Below the pieces are notes generated by a model, which saw only the letters and a program-made list of their open reading frames with translations, was not told where the DNA came from and did not search any database. DNA of 64,000 nt, taken from assembly GCA_016618085.1 (NCBI GenBank), contig JABLTG010000001.1, forward strand, positions 1 to 64,000, in the 5' to 3' direction. Shown piece after piece: positions 1-12,332 of this stretch. Made by a program: the position numbers and the translations under genes. Within the stretch, counting starts at the first letter, position 1, and each line of letters begins with the position of its first letter. This DNA is from Neovahlkampfia damariscottae (Eukaryota).

Positions 1-213
1 AACCCAAACCCAAACCCCAAACCCAAACCCAAACCCAAACCCAAACCCAAACCCAAAACCCAAACCCAAAACCCAAACCCAAACCCAAACCCAAATCCAA
101 ATCCAAACCCAAACCCAAACCCAAATCCAAATCCAAACCCAAACCCAAAACCCCATCCCAAACCCAAATCCCAATCCCAAATCCCAAATCCCAAAACCCA
201 AAACTCAAAACCC
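1..213 (-). repeat. Telomeric repeat array, (CCCAAA)n on + = (TTTGGG)n, degenerating inward
   Basis: Tandem CCCAAA from base 1 with variants CCCCAAA, CCCAAAA and TCCAAA that increase toward ~200; the C-rich strand at the 5' end is the orientation expected at a left chromosome end. Confidence 0.93.
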
Positions 214-384
214 TACTCAGAATGAAGGAAATTACCACATCAAAAGGAAGGAATTTTCAAAAATGAAGGAAAAAGTATATTCAAAATGATGGAAAATATA
301 ACGGTTAAGTTTGTGATCATTTTTTCCATTATTTTTTTCCCTTATTTTTTTTCATGAAACATATATTTATATTTTCCACACATA

Positions 385-444
385 AAGCAACGAAAGTACA
401 GCGCCTCTGTCAAAAACAGGGTAATGTACTTTCCTTGCTTAACA
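385..444 (+). ncRNA. Candidate structured RNA/DNA hairpin (possibly H/ACA-like)
   Basis: aagcaa(385-390)/ttgctt(435-440), gaaagtaca(392-400)/tgtactttc(425-433), inner stem 405-410/416-421, loop caaaa; ACATAA (ANANNA) at 380-385 and ACA at 442-444. Confidence 0.3.
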
Positions 445-504
445 TGGTATTCATTCTTTTAAAACTATGACGATTCTCTTGGATCCTGCCAATCAAATTT
501 ATTC

Positions 505-1495
505 ATGTTGAAAAACCTTGTCAATCTCTTGCAAGAAAAAATAACAGTCTTCGCAAAAAAGAAAAAAATAAGAATTGAACACATCATGTGTTTCATTGAT
601 TATTTTATTCTTTTCACAACACTCATAATATCTTTTTTATTGTACTATTTCAAAAATATAATATTTTCGGCAATATATGCTTTTTCAATTGCTTCATCAT
701 ACTACTACCTTAATTATATGCCAACAAGTATGACATTTTATTCGATTTTTATTTTTTTTCAACCAGAAATTCCAAAATTGCACAACGATCCAAAAAAACA
801 AAGTACTCTCAGATTCGTTCACATTTCAGATACTCATAACAAAACAGATGGCCTAAATTTACCTAAAGGAGATGTTTTACTTCATACTGGCGATTTTACA
901 AGAAAAGGAACAACAAGTGAAGTTGTTAAATTTAATGATTGGCTTGGAACATTAAATTTCAAATATAAAATAGTGATCTGTGGAAATCATGTATTTTTCT
1001 TGATAAATATTCTAAAAAAAATTTTTTCCACAGGATGAATGCATGGATAAAAGTTTTTCCGATGAATATTTAGAAAATCGAAAAATATTGACAAATGCTA
1101 CTCATTTTCTCTTTGATGAAATGATCCAGATTGAAGGAATCAAAATATATGGGACACCTTATCAATCCGCATATCATGACATGGGATTCAATGTTCACTC
1201 TTCAAAAGAACTAAAAGAAATTTATGATAAAATCCCCCATGGGATGGATATATTAATGACACATTGTCCACCATACAAATCAAGAGATAAAACCCTAACA
1301 GGGTTAAATGTAGGATGCAAAATATTACAAAAAATAATTGAAGAAAGAAAACCAAAATATTCTGTATTTGGACACATCCATGAATCGTATGGAGTTAAAA
1401 TTGACAGTAATACAACTCATTGTAATGCTGCTTTGTGCACTATCCGATACAAAGCTGACAACAAACCCATTGTTTTTGATTTGGAAAAAAAATAA
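505..1495 (+). CDS. Calcineurin-like metallophosphoesterase (MPPED1/2-like) with N-terminal hydrophobic segment
   Basis: Motifs HISDTH, HTGDFT, GNH|D (joined across GT-AG intron 991-1033), THCPP, FGHIHE. Confidence 0.9.
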
Positions 1496-1712
1496 ATAAA
1501 AAAGCAAAGAGTTTCCAAAAATTTTCATTGGACTTCTTCCGAAAATGAAGAGTGTTGTTTGTGTGTTTACCATTTGTCTTCTGTTAGGGTTGAAAAATAA
1601 ACCAATGAAGGAGATTTATTACAAGTTACTGGAGTTGGAGTAAAGCTTTGTTTTCACTGCCCACTTTGTATTCGAGAAAAGACCCTTTATAACAAAAATT
1701 AACTTCAAGAAT

Positions 1713-3055
1713 ATGTTTCACTTTGAAAAAAAAGCCTCAGAAATACCAGAAAATGTAACTCAACTAACTGGAACTTCTCTTTCTGAATTATCAAAAGAAT
1801 TGAAAGATTTAAAAAGCTTAACCCACTTGTCATTAACAAAATTCACTTGTTTAGTATTTCCAAAGAGATTTGTGATTTCAACAATTTGGGACATTTAGAG
1901 TTATCATTTTCATCGTCAATTAATGAAATACCAAAAGAAATTTCATCACTTAAAAAATTAGTTTCTTTTAAATTCAACTCTGAAACAATCACAAAATTTC
2001 CAATTGAAATCAAACAATTAAGTAAATTAGAAGAAATTGATTTGTCTTATAATTATAAAATGAATCAAATACCCAAAGAAATATTCGAACTCACAAATTT
2101 GAAGATTTTAAAAATTAAATTCTACAAACATCAATTCTATTCCAAATGATATTTTAAATTTATCAAAATTAAAACATTTAGAACTCAATTCAACAAATTT
2201 TAAAACATTCCCAAAAGTTTTATGTGACTTAAAAAACTTGATTAATTTAAATCTTTCTAATTTTGATGCAATAGAATACCCAGTAGAATTATCAAATCTA
2301 TCAAAATTGGAAACACTATTATTTAGATAGTTCAAAAATTCATTATTTACCAATTCAAATGTTAGAATTAGAAAATTTGGAATATTTGAACTTGGAAGAA
2401 TGTTATCTTAAATCAATGGAAAATATTTGTTACAAAAAATTAGAATATTTAAATTTACGTGGAAATTTTATTCATAATATTCCTGATGAATTTTTTAATG
2501 CAACAAATTTGAAGATTGCATTTTTACATCAAAATAAAATCAAAAAGTTATCCAAAAAAATTAACAAACTATTCAAGTTAGAAGAATTTGATTTCGGATT
2601 GAATAATCATATTTCAATTCCAAAAGAATTATTTGAACTCAAAAAATTAAAAAAATTGAATGTAGATGGTTATGAACTTTCTACTTATTTTATTCAAGCA
2701 TTATTAAGTTATTCAACTTTAGTTTCAACTGAAAAGTATCTCATACATCCTCTAATTGATCCCCTTTGAACAATTTTTATTGAATCCATCTGATGAAAGT
2801 TTCAAAGAAAAATTTGATGATATTGAAATATTCATTGATTTTTGGAAAAGTGGACATTATAAATGTGCTGAATTGGATTATATTGCAATGAAGAAACTTA
2901 AAGAAAAAGGATTTTCTGACAGTGATTTGGATTTAATAAAAAAAGGAGAAATCAAAGATATCCATGTCTCTGAATTAATTATTGAAATCGAAATTCTATT
3001 GAAAAAAAATACATCAATTTGGAATGACCAAAAAAAAGATGAATTCTTTGAATAA
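1713..3055 (+). pseudogene. Leucine-rich-repeat protein pseudogene
   Basis: LxxLxxLxLxxN repeats spread over several frames (shifts near 1850, 2130 and 2760; in-frame TAG at 2328-2330) with no GT-AG introns to rescue them. Confidence 0.75.
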
Positions 3056-3085
3056 ATAAAAAAGAAAGTTTATTTGATCACTAAA

Positions 3086-6000
3086 TTAACAATCAATTGT
3101 TTCAACGTTATTAATAGAAGAGAGTTTGTTTGTCAATTTCTTGTTTGGGTTTGGGCTGTGACCATCAGAAATCACAGAATTTGTAACTTCAGAAGTGGAT
3201 TCATGAATGAATGTCGTTTCAGTCATTGAATCTTCTGATTCCAATGAACCACTATCTTCTAATACCAATGTATCAATATCTAAATTATACAACATCATTC
3301 CTAAAACATCTTTTGGTTTTTCATCTTTTAATTCTAAATATTTTTGTTTCATTTCAATAANNNNNNNNNNNNNNNNNNNNNNNNNNNNNNNNNNNNNNNN
3401 NNNNNNNNNNNNNNNNNNNNNNNNNNNNNNNNNNNNNNNNNNNNNNNNNNNNNNNNNNNNTCTGATTCCAATGAACCACTATCTTCTAATACCAATGTAT
3501 CAATATCTAAATTATACAACATCATTCCTAAAACATCTTTTGGTTTTTCATCTTTTAATTCTAAATATTTTTGTTTCATTTCAATAATTTTACATTTTGA
3601 TGATTCAATTGAACTTTTTAATGAAGGTAAAAATGTTTTTCCTCTTTCAATCATTGTTTTTTGCCAATCAATTTTTTCAGAAGATGAAATAATTATAATT
3701 TGATCAAATTTTGTTTTTCCACCTTTCATTGAAGTTAATGAAATAATTTCATATTGAAAATAATTTGTAATTTCATTTTCTTTTGAAAACCATTCTCCAT
3801 TTTCATCACAAATTGGTTTACTAATAAAAACTAATTCATTTGGATAATAAATGAAAGAATATGAATTTCTTTTTTTCATTGGTAATCCCCATAACCAAAT
3901 CATTTCCATTTCAATTGAACAACATTCTCTATTCATTTCATCTTTTGATGAATAATCAATAAATTTTGATTTAGTTATATTTGGATCCATTGTATTCATT
4001 TTACTTAAATTTAAATATCCATTTGCAACCTGTTGAAGTCCATAAGGAAAAATGAATTCAAATTGAAATGAATGAACTGTATCTTTGATAAATGATAATT
4101 TTGAGAACCAATTGACAGTTGAATATGATATTTTCTTTTCTTCAGTTGAACGAATAGAATCCCTTTAAAAAATGTCAAAAAAAAAAAACTGATAAATATT
4201 ACCAAGAAGAAGAGTTTTCTGTGATCGTTTGTGCAAATTTTAAATCTTTTGAATTGATTTTAGTTGACTTGAAATCTTCTTCATCGTACATGGACAAAAC
4301 TCCTAACACTGGTGACATAACTCCAATATCATGTTGATATTTTGAAAACATCTCTTGAACTGAATCCATTTTTACAAACCTTTTGAATGAATCTAATTGA
4401 TGTTCTAATTTAACATCTTGATAAATCTTGGTAAAATATTTGAAAGATGGATAATTTTTGATTCTATTGGCTACACGTTCCTTTAAATCATTTCTTTCAG
4501 ATTCAGAAAGACATAAATCTTTTGGTGAATTTGGTTCAATATATGTTTTCATAATCTCTTTAATTTTCTCGTTTTCTTTTTCAAATCTTGATTTTTCATT
4601 CAATTTTTTGAGTGTTGAATATTCTGAAATGAAATCCCAACTATCTGTGTTATGTTCTTCTTTCAAGAATTTAATGTAAGCATTGTTAATTTCTTTCTTT
4701 TTTAAAGCTGAAAAATGAACAACATAATTTGAAATTTGAAATACTTTCTTTCTTTTTTCCATTTTCGCTTGATGTTGTTTATCTTGTTCTTCAATATTTA
4801 AATCCCAAAGTAATTTTCCAAATGGATCAACTGGTAATCCTTCCCATAATTCATTGAATTCGTATTTATAATCAGCTATGTGTCGACGATTACCTAATTT
4901 CGAAATTGCATCCAAAAAAGTGGTTCGAAGTGATGCAGCTGTATAATCAATTGACCAACTTGCTGATGCTATATTTACATCATAGGTTGAAGTAAAATCG
5001 TATCTTGTTGTTTTTTCATTGACATAAGTAATTTTATGACATCCAAAACTGAACATTGGAATTGCTTTGATTTTCTTTTCTGTTTTATCTTTTTGTTTCA
5101 TGAGTATTTGTTGAGTTTTTAAATATTCCGTATTTGGAAATGTTGCTGATTTCATGTACAATGAAAGTTGTTTTATTTCTGGATCGTAGTCTAATTTATA
5201 AAATTGTCTCAAAACTCTTTTTTGCATAATAGCTTGTAGTGCAGGTGGTAACTTTAAAACACATTCCAAAAAAAAATAATCTCCAAACTTGTAATCTAAA
5301 ATGACAGAAGAATAAGTTGTTTTATGATAACTAGTCAAAATACCAATAACTGTTTCTTGAAAAGCACAATTCAAATTAATTTCGTATTTCACATTCAATG
5401 TGGTAGGTGACAAAAAAGTGACATTTGGATAATAGTTCATTTTTGACTTATAAACTTTGTAATCTTTCTTTTTGTTTTCAGAAATTAAAGTCCAGTTTGG
5501 ATGATCTTTTTGGAATTCAGAAAGAAATTGAAAGTCTTTTTCTTCAAAATATGTTTTATCAAAATCTTCATCTTTGTAATTAAAAATTTGAGTTAATCTT
5601 GGTACAAGTACATCTCTATTATGTTGATGTTTTTCAAGTAACTTTGGAAAGTTCAATAAAAAGTTCTTTTACCTTTAAACATTCTTCCGTTCTAATGTAA
5701 CGTTTAAATGAATCACTTTTGTATTCCATCATAATAACTTTTTCAAATGGTTCAAGTAATTCTAAAGGTGATTCTTCAAGGTTCCATTCATCTTTTTTGA
5801 GTTTTTTTATTTTTTCTAAAAATATCGTTTTGACTTCAGGTAAAATTTCCAATTCTTTTGGAGACTTTGGAGCAAGAAAATTATGTACAATGAAGTCAAA
5901 CTCTTTGTTTATAGCTTTTTGATTCTTTTTCTTTGAAAGATTTTTAACATTCTGAACAGAGAGGATAAATTCCCAATTTTCAAAGTTATGTTCGTTTTTC

Positions 6001-6137
6001 AAGAAAGTAACAAAGCTATTTGATATTTCTGGTACTTCCAAGATACTATGAAACTGAATCACAAAATCGTTGACGTTAAACGTTTCTGTACCCATCGGCT
6101 GAAGACTTTTTCGTTTTGGAATCTCAACCAATGGCAT
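3086..6137 (-). CDS. Tandem RGS + START-like domain protein (RGS-START-RGS-START)
   Basis: RGS motifs FLKNEHNFENWEF...DSFKRY and FLKEEHNTDSWDF...DSFKRF; introns 5642-5672 and ~4163-4202 join ORFs 5634-6179, 4199-5656 and 3349-3999/3086-3352 in frame; START-like fold of the intervening units is inferred; 3' part spans the N gap. Confidence 0.75.
3361..3460. other. Assembly gap (100 N) flanked by duplicated sequence
   Basis: 3234-3360 is repeated immediately after the gap at 3461-3587. Confidence 0.95.
3461..3753 (-). repeat. 293-bp segment identical to 7221-7513 (C-terminal part of the RGS-START family)
   Basis: Base-by-base comparison shows identity from tctgattcca to aaataatttcata; a shorter diverged copy lies in the opposite orientation at ~14855-15000. 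Confidence 0.9.
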
Positions 6138-6439
6138 CACTCTAAAATAAAAATCCTCTGACAATTTTGGGTTACACAATTTCCTGAGTTGGAGAAAAAC
6201 AATTTGATTAATAAATCCAAAAAATAACCTCCAATGTGAAAGGAAAATAACGTTTGGACACTTTCACATCCAAGATATAAGAAGAAGTTAAACTAATTTT
6301 CTCCGTTATTGTATCTACCTAGTTTTGGCCTCGGGCAGTTAAGCATTTTGGAAGGTGAATTGTTCAAATTTAGTCATGGTTGGAGAATTTATTTGACATC
6401 ATCATAAAGTTCGAAATCAGATCAACACGTTTATTGGAA

Positions 6440-6976
6440 TTAGTATTCATCAAATATTTGATATCTCTTTGATTCGAATGATCCAAAGGTTAAATTGATT
6501 CTTCCTGTGGAAATGCATTCATTTTTCACAATACAATGTTGGTATATTTCATGACATCTATCAACCATGACTATCAGGTATCCATCTTCCAAGATGAAAT
6601 CAACTTGCTAAAAATCATCTCCTTTATCTCTAAACCTAAAAATACGTTCTTTTCCAAGCAATATTTTGAAGTAGATCCCTTTTCTTCTCTCACTATTCCA
6701 TTTTGATAATAGTTGCCAAGGAAAATGTTATATTTTGCACGTGACAACTTCTCCTTGATTTATTTCAAACAACTTTTACATCATTGCCCCATATTTTTGG
6801 AATTGTATCAATATCTTCACTGTCTCCAAAGATTCAGCAACTTGTTTGTTTATTCTGCACTTTGAACCTTGATTCTTTTTCGTTTTTCTGGAGAGAATTT
6901 TAATTCATGAAATGTTTCTATTTTTTCTGTCTTTGAAGCATCAAATTGTAATTTGAAATTAGATTTTTGTCCCCAT
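6440..6976 (-). pseudogene. AlkB-family 2OG-Fe(II) dioxygenase relic
   Basis: Fragments NIFLGNYYQNG, LEDGYLIVM and EIYQHCIVKNECISTGRINLTF match AlkB motifs (NxYxxG; LxxGxLxxM; H...RINLTFR); multiple frameshifts/stops; HxD region not recognisable; not in ORF track. Confidence 0.65.
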
Positions 6977-7102
6977 ATTTAAATAAAGTTCGTTTTTGTG
7001 GTTCAACCGTTGATTGGTTGGGATATAAGGAATTAGAATTCAGTTCTAGAATTGACTCAAAACAATTGAGATGATCAATAATTTTTATTCTTCCAATTTA
7101 AT

Positions 7103-8581
7103 TTACAACTTGTTTGAAAGAGATGAAAAGCTATCATTACGAACACCAGCAATAGTTTCAGAACTAAGTCCTGATGAAGTGGATTCATAAATAAATGTCG
7201 TTTCAGTCATTGAAGAGTCATCTGATTCCAATGAACCACTATCTTCTAATACCAATGTATCAATATCTAAATTATACAACATCATTCCTAAAACATCTTT
7301 TGGTTTTTCATCTTTTAATTCTAAATATTTTTGTTTCATTTCAATAATTTTACATTTTGATGATTCAATTGAACTTTTTAATGAAGGTAAAAATGTTTTT
7401 CCTCTTTCAATCATTGTTTTTTGCCAATCAATTTTTTCAGAAGATGAAATAATTATAATTTGATCAAATTTTGTTTTTCCACCTTTCATTGAAGTTAATG
7501 AAATAATTTCATAATGATGAACGAACGAAGCAGCAATATCAATCGTCCAGTTTTGGCAACAATATTATTGTTAAAAATATAGGTAACTTTGATACATCCA
7601 AAATCAAAAACTGGCATTGCCTTTACGGTTTTTTCTGATTTGTCTTTTTGTTTTAGTGAAAGTTGTTGACTCATACCATCATCCGGATATTTTACACATT
7701 TCATGAAAAAAATCACTTGTTTAAATTCAGGGTCATAAGTAAATAATCTAAAACGATAATTTCATGAAAGGGAAAAAGACCTTTGTGTTGATGTTGAAAA
7801 GCAGCAATAAGAGTTTCTTCAAATGAATAATTAAACTTCATTTCATATTTTACATTGTACGTTGTTGAAGTTAAAAAATTGACATCTGGAAAATAATTCA
7901 TTTTTTACTTGTAAACTTTGTATTCTTTCTTTTTGCTTTCTGAAATCAAGTTCCAATTTGGATTATCTTTTTGATATTCGGTGATGAATTGGATATCTTT
8001 TTCATCAAACTAGTTTTTCAAAATCTTCATCTTTGTATTTAAATACCATGGTAATTCTAGGAACAAGAACATCTCTGTTTTTCTGATGTTTTTCAAGTAA
8101 CTTCAAAAAATATGAGAATATTATCATATTTTTACCTTTAAACACTCTTCAGTTCTGATGTAACGTTTGTATGAATCATTTTTGTATTCTATAAGTACAG
8201 CTGTTTTAAATGGTTCAAGTAATTCCAATGGTGATTCATCAAGGTTCCATTCTTTGCACTTGAGTTTTTTTGTCTTTTCCAAAAAAAGTTTTTTCTCTTC
8301 TTCCATCATCTGAAGTTCTTTTGGAGATTTTGGTGACAAAAATGTGTCCACTATGTTCAAAAATTTCTCTGTTTATTGCTTTTTGACTCTTCTTTTTCAT
8401 GAGTTGTTCTATCGTTTGAATACCAAGAACAAATTCCCAATTTTCTGAATTGTGTTCTTTTTTTAGAATTTCTTATCTCTGGTACTTGCAAGACGCTTTG
8501 AAACTGAATCACGAATTCACCAACATTGAATTTACTTCCGTTTGACATCACTTCAGTTGAGTCAACTATTTGTCGAATCAA
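7103..8581 (-). pseudogene. Decayed, internally deleted paralog of the RGS-START gene
   Basis: Same peptides (FVIQFQSVLQVPEI, SPKSPKEL, YKRYIRTEECLK, MNYFPDVNFL) and same first intron position; frameshifts near 8460, 8360, 8010 and 7715; jumps from the end of START1 directly into the shared C-terminal segment at 7513. Confidence 0.8.
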
Positions 8582-8697
8582 AGCAATTTGGCTTATTTAA
8601 GACAACGGAATATCCGAAAACAATCTCGATCAGGTCACAAAATTCTTAATTGGGCTCTTTGAATTTTTCCAAAAATAGAAAGTTCTTTTTATTTATT

Positions 8698-11600
8698 TTA
8701 TGCATTGTTGAGGAAGAATGTAATTAAAGCTGGTGTTAAAGTAAAACAAAATGCCAAAATGCTTGTCCTCACATCTGAACTGCTGATACCCCAACTTGTA
8801 TGAAGAGATTCAACTCTGAACCAGTATCCTGAATATCCCAACTGAACTTGAGCCTGCCAAAATCTACATTTTGTTTGAAATAATTCAAGAGTATCTCGTA
8901 AATCATTTCTCTTCTTTATCATAATTTCTGATGCAAAATTTTTTTCAACACCTAAAAGAGTGTTCACTGATCCATTCAATTCCATTGTACAAATGGCTCC
9001 TGGTAAAATCAAATAAAAAATAACTGCTATTTCAAGTAATATAACCAAAAATACTAAACTAACAAACAATGTTGTAATTTTTGTTTTCAAAAATAAACCA
9101 AAAATACCAAATAAAATTGAACTAAATTTTGAAGAAGACCAAGCAATAATGAATGTATATTTGATATAAGTAGCTCTAACAAATACTAAATCCATCACAT
9201 GTGCCATAATTTTATCCCATTCTTGAATTTTTTCAATGGTAAAATCATCTAAATTGTCAAAATATTCTGATGTCAATTTCTTCATAATAATAGCTTGATT
9301 ACTTAATTGATCAATGATTAAAAAGACTTCTTTCCAAGCATTTACAAAAGGATACATTAAAAAGAAACCACAAAAAAAACTAACAACTAATGAAACAGCA
9401 GAACCATTTGTTGAAAATAAAGGTATGTCACAATTTTCAATACAATAAACTGAATTAATAAAAATTGGTAAAGCAAAAACCATAATATAACCTCCATACA
9501 TCACAAAATAAAAATTTTGTTTAAACCAACCAGAATCAAAAAATCTTCCATAACCTTTTCTTTCAACTGAAACGTCATTCATTCTTGTTTGAAAATCGAA
9601 AATATTCTTTTCTTTATTATTCACCACTAAAATTCCATTTGAACAAACTGTCATTGATTCATTATCATCAATTTCAACACCTTCTTGTAAATCATAAATT
9701 TTTAATCGATCAGACGAATTTTCTAAAACAATATGATCTGGAACAACAAAAGTCATAAAATTTGAATCATTCTTTTTTAAAGCATCTAATTTATGAGGAT
9801 AAGATGTTTTTAATTTCCAAATTGCAATAGAAAGTTGATAATTTTCAAGTATTTTTGTCCCAATTGCACTTCTTTTAATAATACCAAATATTTTTCTTGT
9901 CTTATGAAAGAATGTTATTCCAAACATTTTTCTTGATGTTCTTGAAAATGAAAATAAAATTGAAATTGAAAACATAATTGACAAAATTGGTAAAAATACA
10001 AAATTGAAATCACCAGTCGAAAAATAATAAACAAATGAAATAACAGCAAGACTAAATAAAAGTAAAAAACTTGTAGTGTTGACAAAAAATGCACTTAATT
10101 CAATTGGAATATAATAAAGTAGTTTCCAATACTTTCTATGATATCCATCATTTCTTAATTTCTTATCAAAATCTAAGTCAATAGTTGAGATTGATTTATC
10201 CAATTTCTTTATTGGTATAGTATATTTCTTTTCTTTGGATTTCTTTCGTTGATTAATAATAAAAGAAAAGATATAAGAAAGCGTTAAAGTTAATGAAATT
10301 AATAAAATATATCCAAAAACGATATAAAAAAACACCAATGAATTTAATCTTGTATTGATGACGAAATAATGAACCAATCTTGAAGCATCACTAAAAAGGA
10401 AATATAAAACAGAATAAAATGAATAATAAGTAGCAAACATTTCAGGAACAATATTTCTAATAACCAACATTGGAAAAGAAATTAATGTAATTTCTAAACA
10501 TGAAGATGATATACCAAATAAAACAATCAAAAAATAATAATAATTTGATTTTGGATAAACATCAGTATAAAAATATAATAATTGACTTAATGAAGTTCCT
10601 AATAATCCAATAACTATGGTTCTAAGATGTAATTTATGTTTTTGAATAATTTCAGTAATGTTCTTATTTTTGAATTCAAATTGAACATACTCTGTGTCAA
10701 GTATTGTTCCAATTAATGGAATCATTAAACTTTTAAATAATAAAATGGTAAAAGTTAATAGGAATAAATCATTTTGAAAAGGATTTAATTTCATTTTTGT
10801 CACCCAAATTCCATAACCTCCAAAATTTAATGGGAAGATATTTAGTCCTGTAAAATGACAAAAAACTAAACTTAAATGAAAAATTGAAAATCCAATGATC
10901 AAAAAAATTAACATTCTTTTGTTGTTTAAACGTGAAACAATCAAAAACTCTTCTTCAAAATTGGCTTTAAAAATATTGAAATTTTTTGAGACTAATGTTT
11001 TTAATGAAGCACTTGCTAAAATTGAAAATAAACAACCTATAATTGAAAGAATTAAGAAATACTCTCCTTTGACATATGCTTTGATTGAATCTAATGTTCC
11101 AGTGATCTAAATGAAAATTAAAATTGAATTCAAGTTTTTTACAATTCTCTCAACTGAGTAAACAAATCCAACAGCAAGACAAAAGTTTTGATTAGAAAAA
11201 ATTTTAGCTACAAAAAAAACAGCGTAATCTAAAACAATAATAATAAATTTTTGAAATGAAACTTACATCTTTGAAAAGCATCTATTAATCCAAATAGTAA
11301 TCTAAAAATTACCAATGCAACAGGAGAACTATACACAATTGAAAGTGTCACACCAGTTTGAGTTATAGAAAGTGCAATTAATATGAAAATTGAAGATATA
11401 TAAGGATTTTTCAAATTGTTTATAACCACTTGTACATAACTATATTTTTCTGAATCACTCTGTTCCATTTTAAAAAAAAAAAAAATTACATTTCTGGAGT
11501 TGATGAAAAGTGCAAGAAATGGAATTGAAAGAAATCTGAAAATAAAAATTGACAAAAATGTGAATGAACTGCCTACAAAATAGGGTAAAGTCATATAAAA

Positions 11601-12050
11601 ATAAAGATCATCCCATCCATAAGTCTTTTAATTTTTTAGTTTCTCAAAAGGTTCTCTTACCATTTTCATTTCTAAAAAATAGGCAACTTGAAAATTTCCT
11701 CCGTACATTAAACTTGGTCCAAGTCTCATGGCTGAAATGACAAATAAAAATAGAGCAGAATGCAAAACAATTTCTGATTGAAAGTTGACCATGACTGATT
11801 TGGTTTTTCGAAAATTTTCTACTCTTTGTAAATGTGGTAATATTTTCACTTGTTGTTTATCTTGGATGTGTGCCATTAAACTATGAGTTGAATCATCCTC
11901 AAAAAGTTGGGTCTCTAATTGTTCAAGTTCGTTTGTTTCCTCTTTTCGCAGTTTTATTGTGGAATCAACAGTTGTATACTCTATTTCATCTTTAGTTGAT
12001 GAAAGTTTTTCTGGAGAGTCAGGAGTTGCTTGCAATTCAACTTCCTCCAT
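8698..12050 (-). CDS. Large polytopic membrane protein: MFS (MFSD1-like) domain plus C-terminal PHTF/7TMIC-like domain (paralog A)
   Basis: Introns 11625-11660, 11460-11489 (in-frame), ~11229-11266 and ~11108-11143 join ORFs 11628-12050, 11229-11594 and 8698-10944; MFS-like FRLLFGLIDAFQRYYAVFFVAKIFSNQNFCLAVG; homologous along its length to 17057-20689. Confidence 0.75.
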
Positions 12051-12332
12051 TGAGAATGAATGTCATTGGATCAGAAAAATGTCGGTTGATAAACAATTTT
12101 TCAGCCATATTCGATTGTAAAAAAAAAAATGAAAAAGTTAAATCTAAAAACGAAGGATTTGATTGGAGGGGTCACTCTAACCTACCAATGATTTTCGTTT
12201 TATTATTAGGGATTTTAAATCAAAAAAAATGAACAAATTTTCAACGAGGAAAAAAGAAAAAAAATCATGTAAAAATTTGATAAAAAAAGATTTTTTTTTT
12301 TTATGATTGGCGGGTTCAAAACAAGAAAAAAG

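Noticed and set aside
3143..3155. Interstitial telomere-like gtttgggtttggg (also ttggatttggatttgg near 60982)
   Set aside because: Only about two units, and both lie in coding sequence for Pro-Asn repeats
3234..3587. Apparent 127-bp tandem duplication around the N run
   Set aside because: Identical sequence on both sides of a 100-N placeholder is typical of unmerged overlapping contig ends; collapsing it restores one reading frame
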